Positions 56,823 through 64,000 of a stretch of 64,000 bases of DNA are shown here, piece after piece. The position numbers and the translations under genes are program-made. Each line of letters begins with the position of its first letter. Within the stretch, counting starts at the first letter, position 1. The stretch comes from Bdellovibrionales bacterium (GTDB lineage Bacteria; Pseudomonadota; Alphaproteobacteria; Micavibrionales; UBA2020). The stretch spans positions 20,276 to 84,275 of the forward strand of contig JBBRVE010000003.1 in assembly GCA_038247245.1 (NCBI GenBank), given 5' to 3'. The notes beneath the pieces are model-generated. The model saw only the letters and a list, made by a program, of their open reading frames with translations. It was not told the DNA's origin and ran no database searches.

Positions 56823-58265
56823 ATGTCCAGCAAACCCCTGCCCACGGACCAGTTTTTCAAAAACTCCGGCCTCACGCCCGAAAAGGCGCGCGAGATCGTG
56901 CAAGAAGGGTTGAGCGGCGCCGATTACGGCGAGTTCTATCACGAAATCGTCGCCCGCGAACGTCTGGTAAAGGACAAGGGCGAATTCACGACCGTTTCGA
57001 CCGGCGACAGCAAGGAAGGCTTCGGCTTCCGCGTCGGGCAGGAAGAACTTGTCGGCTATTCCTATTCGGATTTGTTCAACGAAGCCGCATTGAAAGATGC
57101 CGTCAATGAGGCGCGCAACGTGCTGAAGATCGGCACGGCCAAGGCAGCACAGCCCGCAACCGGCATGGTGCCGCAGCAGCTGTATACGCCGGAAGACCCC
57201 ATGGCTGGCTTCACGCTCGCCGAAAAAATCGCCAAAGTTGACGAGATCGAGGCCTATGCCCGCTCGCTCGACCCGCGCATCACGAACGTGACCGTTGCTT
57301 ACGCATCGGAATCAAAAGCCGTGCATATCATCACCGCAGACGGCAAAAGCCTGATCGACAACCGTCCGATGACGTCGGTTTCCATCTCCATCATGCTGAC
57401 GGATAAAGACGGCAAAAGCGAAATCGGCACGGCGCAGACCGGCGGCCATGTGGATGCCACGGCTGTGTTCGATGAAAAAAGCTTCAAGGCCGCCGCGAAA
57501 AAAGCGCTGCATCAGGCCGAAGAACTGCTGGTGGCCGAAGATGCGCCCGCCGGCATCATGGATGTCGTCCTCAGCCCCGGCTGGGCGGCGGTCGTGCTGC
57601 ACGAAGCAATCGGGCATGGATTGGAAGGCGATTTCAACCGCCGCGACATTTCCGTGTATAGCGGCAAAATCGGCCAGCAGATTGCTTCACCCGAAGTCAC
57701 CGTGATCGATCAGGGCGACATGCCGGGCGAGCGCGGCTCGCTGCATTTCGATGACGAAGGCGTGCCGACGCAGCAAAACGTGCTGATCGAAAACGGCGTG
57801 CTGAAGGGGTACATGCAGGACCGCCAGAACGCGCAGCTGATGGGCGTTGACCCCACCGGCAACGGCCGCCGTGAAAGCTATGCCCATGCGCCCATGCCGC
57901 GCATGACCAACACCTATTTCGCCAACGGCACGCATGACCCCGCCGATATCATCAAATCGGTGAAGGACGGCCTCTATATTTCCGACATGGGCGGCGGGCA
58001 GGTGGATATCACCTCCGGCAAGTTCAACATGAACGCGAAACTGGCCTACCGCATCCGCAACGGCAAAATCGCGGAGCCTGTGAAGGGCGCGACGATTGTC
58101 GGCGACGGCTTGACCGTCATCAAATCGATCACCATGGTCGGCAACGACCTCGCCCTTGAAAAAAGCGCGGGCATGTGCGGCAAAAACGGGCAGCAAGTGC
58201 CCGTCGGCTGCGGCCAGCCCACCTTGCGCGTCTCCAACATGACCGTTGGCGGTCGCAAGAAATAA
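56823..58265 (+). CDS. tldD: Metalloprotease TldD
   Basis: HEAIGHGLEGD zinc motif, 480 aa, followed directly by pmbA. Confidence 0.93.
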   Translation: MSSKPLPTDQFFKNSGLTPEKAREIVQEGLSGADYGEFYHEIVARERLVKDKGEFTTVSTGDSKEGFGFRVGQEELVGYSYSDLFNEAALKDAVNEARNVLKIGTAKAAQPATGMVPQQLYTPEDPMAGFTLAEKIAKVDEIEAYARSLDPRITNVTVAYASESKAVHIITADGKSLIDNRPMTSVSISIMLTDKDGKSEIGTAQTGGHVDATAVFDEKSFKAAAKKALHQAEELLVAEDAPAGIMDVVLSPGWAAVVLHEAIGHGLEGDFNRRDISVYSGKIGQQIASPEVTVIDQGDMPGERGSLHFDDEGVPTQQNVLIENGVLKGYMQDRQNAQLMGVDPTGNGRRESYAHAPMPRMTNTYFANGTHDPADIIKSVKDGLYISDMGGGQVDITSGKFNMNAKLAYRIRNGKIAEPVKGATIVGDGLTVIKSITMVGNDLALEKSAGMCGKNGQQVPVGCGQPTLRVSNMTVGGRKK

Positions 58266-58276
58266 GGAACAATAAA

Positions 58277-59635
58277 ATGACCACCGAAAAAGAATTCCTC
58301 GCCGCGATGAAGCCCTTTGCGCAATCGCTGCTCGATTACGCGATGACCGAGGGTAAAAACCACGGCATCACCGATGCGCGCATTTACGTTTCCGCCAGCG
58401 ACCGTCTGGAAAACAGCGTCGAAAAGGGCCAGGTGACGAAAACCGTTTCCGGCAAGACGTATAACGTCGGCATTACCCTCTACGCGGGTGACCGCGTCGT
58501 GACCGTTACCAAGAACACGATTGACGAACAACGCCTGAAAGACGCGATGCTGGAGAACATGAAGATCATCTCCCTCGTCCCCGCCAATGCCGACAAGAAA
58601 ATGCTGGAAGCGGAAAAGGTGTTCAAGGGCGCGAAGCAAAACCTCGACCTTTACGACCACAACCCGCCCACGACAGCGCAGCTGATTCAATACGCCAAAG
58701 ACGTTGAAGCCGCGGCGATGGCACAGCCCGGCGTCAAGGCAACGCGTTCGGTCAGCGTCACGCGTGCCGAAGACCATTTCCTGATCGTGGCAAGCAACGG
58801 GCTCGATGTTTCCGACAGCCGCACGATGTACGCGGCGGGCGCATCCGTGATCGCCGCCGACAAGTCCGGCATGCAGATCAGCGGCGAAAGCAGCATGGCG
58901 CGCCATTTCGGCGACATGGCGAAACCCGACGTGCTGGGCGCGGAAGCGGGCCAGAAAGCGATTTCGAAACTGGGCGGCATCCTGCCCGCAACCGGCGATA
59001 TGCCGATCGTGCTGGACAATGGCGCGGCTGAAAGTTTCTTTTCTTCCGTCTATTCCGCCATCGGCGGCACGGCGCTCCATCGTGGCACGACGTTTTTAAA
59101 AGGCAAGCTGGGCCAACAGGTCATGGCGCAGGGCATCACGATTTCGGATGATCCGCTGGTGGCGCGCGGCATGTCGTCGCGCCAGGTCGATACGGCGGGG
59201 CTGGCGGCACAACCCATCACCTTCATCGAAAACGGCGTGTTGAAAAGCTATGACATCAACCTGCTGGAATCACGCCAGCTGGGCATGGAGCCCATCGGCC
59301 GCGAAAACGGCCCGACCAATACGCGCATCGAGCCGGGCACACAAACCCCCGCCGAACTGATCGCGGATATCAAGGAAGGCATTTACATTCAAGGCTTCAA
59401 CGGCGGCACGGTCGATGTGAACACCGGCAACCATTCACGCGAAGCCTACGGCCTGCTGATCAAAGACGGCAAGATCACCGATACCGCCGTCAGCGGTTTC
59501 GTCGTCTCCGGCAACCTGAAGGACATGTTCATGAAGGTTGCGGTCGCGAACGACACGCCCGTGCTGCCCAGCACCAAGCACCGCATGGCCGCACCCACGA
59601 CGCGGATCAACGGCTGCACGATTGCGGGGAAGTAA
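58277..59635 (+). CDS. pmbA: TldE/PmbA protease partner
   Basis: The ATG at 58277 lies 11 nt after the tldD stop. The sequence is PmbA_TldD family-like and lacks the HExxxH motif, as expected for PmbA. Confidence 0.88.
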   Translation: MTTEKEFLAAMKPFAQSLLDYAMTEGKNHGITDARIYVSASDRLENSVEKGQVTKTVSGKTYNVGITLYAGDRVVTVTKNTIDEQRLKDAMLENMKIISLVPANADKKMLEAEKVFKGAKQNLDLYDHNPPTTAQLIQYAKDVEAAAMAQPGVKATRSVSVTRAEDHFLIVASNGLDVSDSRTMYAAGASVIAADKSGMQISGESSMARHFGDMAKPDVLGAEAGQKAISKLGGILPATGDMPIVLDNGAAESFFSSVYSAIGGTALHRGTTFLKGKLGQQVMAQGITISDDPLVARGMSSRQVDTAGLAAQPITFIENGVLKSYDINLLESRQLGMEPIGRENGPTNTRIEPGTQTPAELIADIKEGIYIQGFNGGTVDVNTGNHSREAYGLLIKDGKITDTAVSGFVVSGNLKDMFMKVAVANDTPVLPSTKHRMAAPTTRINGCTIAGK

Positions 59636-59639
59636 GGGG

Positions 59640-59879
59640 TTAGTCTTTTTCGCCCGAGAAAGTCACGGTCACGCCGCGCTTTTTGAAATAGGACTGCATC
59701 ATCTTGCGGCCCTGACGATTGTTCTGGGCGAGGCGCGCGGGTTCGACCGCAACTTCCTTTTTGCCTTCGGCTTTCAGCGCCGTTTTCAGACCGTCGATAT
59801 GCTGGTCGATATCCAGGTTGTCCTGCATCAGCGATTCATAGACTTTTTCGAGGGCCTGTTCGACGGTAAGGGCGGTCAT
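59640..59879 (-). CDS. Hypothetical 79-aa protein
   Basis: The ORF is convergent with pmbA and has a charged helical sequence (MTALTVEQALEKVYESLMQDNLDIDQHIDGLK...). I recognised no family. Confidence 0.5.
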   Translation of the reverse strand: MTALTVEQALEKVYESLMQDNLDIDQHIDGLKTALKAEGKKEVAVEPARLAQNNRQGRKMMQSYFKKRGVTVTFSGEKD

Positions 59880-60036
59880 GTTTTTGTCTCCGGTTGAATT
59901 CGCGCCGATTATGGTGGAAGCGAAGGGTTTTTTCCAGCCTAATCTATCCGGTTGATAAATCAGCCTAATCGGGCCTGTACCCTTTTTGACCGGGATGCGC
60001 TAGGATGACGGAGTTCAAGGGCAAGGGGGAAACAGC

Positions 60037-60744
60037 ATGGCATCATCCGGAAAAATCGTGATCTCGGTCGATGGCCCCGCAGCCTCCGGCAAAGGAACAC
60101 TCGCCAAGGCGCTCGCCGCCAAGCTCGGCTTTGCCTATCTTGATACCGGTGCGCTCTACCGCGCGGTTGCGCTCGCGACCATCGAAAGCGGTGGCGATCC
60201 TGCCAATTTTGATGACGTCAAAAAAGTGATTGATAACGTCACCCATCACGTCACCCCTGAAACGCTGGTCAACCCGAAACTCCGCACACCCGAAGTCGCA
60301 GCCGGTGCCGCCAAGGTCGCGGCCTATCCCGATGTGCGCCATGCCGTGCGCGATTATCAGGTCGAATTCGCCAAGAACCCGCCGAACGGTGCCCCCGGTG
60401 CTGTGCTGGACGGCCGCGATATCGGCACGGTCGTCTGCCCCGATGCGGATGTGAAATTATATGTGACGGCGTCGCCGGAAGAACGCGCGCGCCGCCGTTT
60501 CGAGGAATTGAAATTGAAAGAACCGTCGACGCTCTATGAAACGGTGCTGAACGACGTGAACGCCCGCGACCATGCCGACATACACCGCGCGATATCGCCG
60601 CTGAAACCGGCGCTGGATGCGCATATCCTCGACACCACCACGCTCGACCGCGCAGGCGCGCTCGATGCCGCCATCAAGCTGGTGCAGGCAAAATTCCCGC
60701 CGGAAGCAGACCGCCCTGCGAAAACCAAATCACCGCGCCTTTAA
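60037..60744 (+). CDS. cmk: Cytidylate kinase
   Basis: ISVDGPAASGKGTLAKALA P-loop, YLDTGALYRA and VLDGRDIGTVV. Confidence 0.95.
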   Translation: MASSGKIVISVDGPAASGKGTLAKALAAKLGFAYLDTGALYRAVALATIESGGDPANFDDVKKVIDNVTHHVTPETLVNPKLRTPEVAAGAAKVAAYPDVRHAVRDYQVEFAKNPPNGAPGAVLDGRDIGTVVCPDADVKLYVTASPEERARRRFEELKLKEPSTLYETVLNDVNARDHADIHRAISPLKPALDAHILDTTTLDRAGALDAAIKLVQAKFPPEADRPAKTKSPRL

Positions 60745-60754
60745 TTCCGCGCTT

Positions 60755-61033
<279 letters not shown>

Positions 61034-62539
61034 TCACTTTGTCTTTTTTGCTTCTGTAATCTGGGGGTTATGCCAGATATGCAATACGGCGTAACTGCGC
61101 CATGGCCGCCATTTTTCCGACATTTTATCGGCTTCCTTTGCGGACACGCCGCCAAGGTTATTCAATACGCCCATATCGCCCGTCGGAAACGCATCCGGCC
61201 AGCGCAGGGCGCGCATGGCGATGTAATGCGCTGTCCAAGGGCCAATGCCGGGGATATCGTCCAGCTGTTGTATCGCGGCGTCGGGGTTCACGCCCGGCTC
61301 CAGCACCAATGCGCCCGATGCAAAACCGGATGCCAGCGCAAGAATGCTTTTCGCGCGCGCGCCGTTAATGCCAAGGCGCGCAATATCATCCACCGTCAAT
61401 TTGGCAATCGCGGCGGGCAGGGGTGAAAGATGCGTGAGTTCGGCAAAGGGTGTTTTAAACGCATCGCCAAACCCCGCGATAAACCGCCCGCCCAGCGTTG
61501 TGGCTGCCTTTACGGATACCTGCTGCCCCAGTATCGCCCGTACGGTCAGTTCAAACACATCGAACGCGCCCGGGACGCGCTGGCCTGGGTTGCGTTTCAC
61601 CATTTTGCCGATCGTTTTATCGTTCGCGAAATATGCCGCAATCACATCGGGGCGCGCGCCCAAATCGAACAGGTTGCGCAACCGCGCCAGCAGCGCGGGC
61701 AAAACCGGCAGCAGCGCATGTGAAAATTCAACCGTCAGCGCGGATTTATCCGGCGCATGGCCCACGCGCACCCAGCCCTTGTATTTGCTAAGGCGCACGG
61801 TGCGCAGGTAATGCCCGTCCACCATCGCCTCCGCCCCCTTCAGCGCGCGGGCACCAAGGAAACCCAGTATTCCGTCCCAGTCATAAGGCGGGCGGTACGA
61901 CAGCAGCAGCGTCGATGAATCCCCCGCGATCACCCCGTCTTCCGCCACCTGCTTGCGCAGGCGCGACGGCGGCATCCTGTAACGCTTCAGAAAAGCATCA
62001 TTGAACCGCCGAAGGCTGTTAAACCCGCTGGCATAGGCGATTTCCGTGACGGGCAGGGCGGTTTCGGTCAGCAATTGTTTCGCCAGCAACAAACGGCGCG
62101 ACTGGATCAGCTCGATCGGCGACACGCCCATTTCCGCCCGCACAATGCGGCGGATCTGGCGCGTGCTGAGGTCGAATTGACTGGCGATATTATCAAGCCC
62201 CATATCCTCCTCCAGCCGTGCCGCGATCAGCTGCGCGATGCGGGCCGCATCATCGACAGGGGCATAGCCGGGCGCAAGCTCGGGGCGGCAGCGCAGGCAC
62301 GGGCGAAAACCCCCCGATTCCGCGCTCTGCGCATTCGCGAAGAATTTGCAGTTCACGGCTTTGGGCGTTTTCGCGGTGCAGACCGGGCGACAGTAAATCC
62401 CCGTCGATGTCACGCCCACGAAAAACACCCCGTCGAAACGGGCGTCGCGGGCGGCAAAGGCGCTGTAATAATCCGGTGGCTTATCCATGGGCAGACGATA
62501 TAGTACTGCCCATGCCCCCATCCAGCCATTTCCGGACAT
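61034..62539 (-). CDS. Ada(N-terminal Zn)-AraC HTH-AlkA (DNA-3-methyladenine glycosylase II) fusion protein
   Basis: The Ada zinc domain has STGIYCRPVC...GFRPCLRCRP. It is followed by an AraC-type HTH (IASQFDLSTRQIRRIVRAEMGVSP...YASGFNSLRRFNDAF) and a C-terminal HhH-GPD domain (GIGPWTAHYIAMRAL..PDAFPTGD). Confidence 0.88.
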   Translation of the reverse strand: MSGNGWMGAWAVLYRLPMDKPPDYYSAFAARDARFDGVFFVGVTSTGIYCRPVCTAKTPKAVNCKFFANAQSAESGGFRPCLRCRPELAPGYAPVDDAARIAQLIAARLEEDMGLDNIASQFDLSTRQIRRIVRAEMGVSPIELIQSRRLLLAKQLLTETALPVTEIAYASGFNSLRRFNDAFLKRYRMPPSRLRKQVAEDGVIAGDSSTLLLSYRPPYDWDGILGFLGARALKGAEAMVDGHYLRTVRLSKYKGWVRVGHAPDKSALTVEFSHALLPVLPALLARLRNLFDLGARPDVIAAYFANDKTIGKMVKRNPGQRVPGAFDVFELTVRAILGQQVSVKAATTLGGRFIAGFGDAFKTPFAELTHLSPLPAAIAKLTVDDIARLGINGARAKSILALASGFASGALVLEPGVNPDAAIQQLDDIPGIGPWTAHYIAMRALRWPDAFPTGDMGVLNNLGGVSAKEADKMSEKWRPWRSYAVLHIWHNPQITEAKKTK

Positions 62540-62659
62540 GGGGGCAGAAACCCCGCCTGACTTAATGATTTGATTTTGTTCGATAATAAAATCAGGGAAG
62601 GGTTTTCTGGTTTCATTCGTTATATAAGCGTGCTCATTATTTCAAAAGGCGGCCAAAAT

Positions 62660-64000
62660 ATGAAAAAAATTACCCTTCTCAGTTCCGCAATCGCCCTGAC
62701 CCTTTTTGCCGCCGCGCCAGCCGCGCAGGCACGTGTCATGGCCAACCCGCAACAGCAGGATGCCGAGGCATCACCTGATGCCGATTCAGGCGCAGCACCC
62801 GCCCCCACCAAGGCCGAACAGCGCCAGCAGGAACGTGCGAACAACAAACAGGAACGTGAAGCCGCGCAGCAGCAGCAACAACAGCAGCGTGAAGCCCAGC
62901 AACTGCAGCAACAGGCCGAAACGCAACAACGCCAGCAGGAAGCGCAGTCACGCGCAGAACAACAGCGCGCGGAACGCGACGCCCAAAATGCCCAGCGCGA
63001 TGCCGACCGCGACGCACGCCAGCAGCAACAGCAAAACCAGGCGCAGCAGGAACAGGAGCAGCAGGAACAGGCGCAGCGCGAGGCGGATCGTATTCAACGC
63101 CAGCAGCAGCAACAGGTGAACGAAGACAATAACCGCGCCAAACGCGAAGCCGAACAACAGCAGGAACAATCGGCTGCCGAAGCCCGCCGCGCCGAACGCG
63201 AACAGGAAAAGGCCGGCCGCGAACAACAGCAGGCACAACAGCAGCAGCAGCGCGAAGCCGAACAGGCGGTTCAGGCCGAAAAGGCCCGTCGCAGCGCCGA
63301 TGAAGCGAAGGCGGAGCGCGCGCGTGCGCAGGCTGACCGCGCAGCGGAAAAGTCGCAGGAACGCGCCGATAAAGATGCGCGCGAAAACCAACGCAAAGCA
63401 ACGCAGGAAGAAGCGCTCAAGACCCGCGCCGCCGCGCAGGCCGAACAGGCGGAAAAAAACCGTGCCGCCGCTGCCATCGCTGAACAGGAACAGGCCAGCA
63501 AGCGTGAATCGCGCGACCAGAAACGCGACGACCGCCGTGACGACCGCGAGACGCGCAAACAGGACCGTCGGGATGACCGTGCGGCCGAGCGCGCCGAAGC
63601 CGAAGTCAAGGCGCGCGAGCTTGCCAATAACCGTCAGGCACAAGCCAAGATCGCCGCGGAAAAACGCGAAGCGCAACGCCAGCAGGCCGAAGACCGCCGT
63701 CTGGAACAGGCAGCACAGGCACGCGCAGGCCGCCTGTCACGCCAGCAGCAGACGGAACGCATCGAGGCCGAACGCCAGCGCGAAGCCGCCTACCGTCAGC
63801 AACTGGCGAAACAACAGGCGAAACAACAGGCGGTTTATGACCGTCAGCTGGCAAGCCTGCGCGCCCAGAACCGCGCCAACGAGTACCGCCGCCAGCAGGA
63901 TTACCTTGCCCGTATGCGCGCGCAACAGACGCAGTACCGCAACTATCGTTCCTATAACTATTACAACGATCCGTATTACTACACCGCCAATAACTACAGC
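62660..64000 (+). CDS. Secreted low-complexity Q/R/E/A-rich protein, 3' end beyond the window
   Basis: ATG at 62660, signal peptide MKKITLLSSAIALTLFAAAPAAQA, then 447 codons open to the window edge. More than 400 aa are Gln/Arg/Glu/Ala-rich sequence, ending in a Tyr/Asn-rich stretch (YRNYRSYNYYNDPYYYTANNYS). It is absent from the ORF track because there is no stop in the window. Confidence 0.75.
   Translation, partial: MKKITLLSSAIALTLFAAAPAAQARVMANPQQQDAEASPDADSGAAPAPTKAEQRQQERANNKQEREAAQQQQQQQREAQQLQQQAETQQRQQEAQSRAEQQRAERDAQNAQRDADRDARQQQQQNQAQQEQEQQEQAQREADRIQRQQQQQVNEDNNRAKREAEQQQEQSAAEARRAEREQEKAGREQQQAQQQQQREAEQAVQAEKARRSADEAKAERARAQADRAAEKSQERADKDARENQRKATQEEALKTRAAAQAEQAEKNRAAAAIAEQEQASKRESRDQKRDDRRDDRETRKQDRRDDRAAERAEAEVKARELANNRQAQAKIAAEKREAQRQQAEDRRLEQAAQARAGRLSRQQQTERIEAERQREAAYRQQLAKQQAKQQAVYDRQLASLRAQNRANEYRRQQDYLARMRAQQTQYRNYRSYNYYNDPYYYTANNYS

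Noticed and set aside
62736-63676. Minus-strand ORFs of 221, 242 and 118 aa across the Q-rich gene.
   Set aside because: They are antisense shadows of CAG/CAA/GAA/CGC-rich coding sequence (Leu/Ala/Phe/Arg-rich translations). The plus strand has a proper signal peptide and start context.

Overview
This is a GC-rich, very gene-dense chromosomal segment with about 55 protein-coding genes. The gene content looks alphaproteobacterial. I recognised no rRNA, tRNA, CRISPR array, transposase, integrase or prophage structural gene. All family calls come from reading motifs in the supplied translations; no HMM or BLAST search was run. Left to right, the window holds: xdhA (5'-truncated)-xdhB-xdhC with a translationally coupled NifS-like cysteine desulfurase. 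Then a roughly 10-kb same-strand, tightly packed unit (5390-15609). It joins an SPFH/YdjI-like scaffold, two zinc-ribbon/DUF4178-like proteins, a micro-ORF and a DUF350 protein to a self-contained aminopropyl-transfer module, and ends in a coupled Cu-type P1B ATPase. That module comprises a membrane-fused spermidine-synthase-like enzyme, a Tat-exported FAD amine-oxidase-like protein, a His-rich polytopic protein and a pyruvoyl AdoMet decarboxylase. Next come peptidases (Dcp, fused M16, PepN, TldD/PmbA), FadL, a 2-TM protein with a degenerate Nudix box, and a BacA/SbmA-type ABC transporter. After these are a sensor-less histidine kinase with two receiver-only regulators, then a divergent PurA (adenylosuccinate synthetase) paralog next to a vWA protein. 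A polytopic hybrid kinase/OmpR-type pair is divergently placed from a small biosynthetic cluster (methyltransferase-like, stand-alone adenylation enzyme, sulfotransferase-like, alpha-oxoamine synthase). The rest is a 1758-aa RTX-type repeat protein, ackA plus a PTA_PTB acyltransferase, a De Ley-Doudoroff-like sugar-acid cluster using an IlvD/Edd dehydratase, cmk, an Ada-AraC-AlkA fusion, and a secreted Q/R/E/A-rich protein running off the right edge. The best candidates for undescribed biology are the SPFH/DUF4178/DUF350-polyamine supercluster, the AOS/adenylation/sulfotransferase cluster with its neighbouring membrane-embedded sensor kinase, and the PurA paralog with a replaced aspartate loop.
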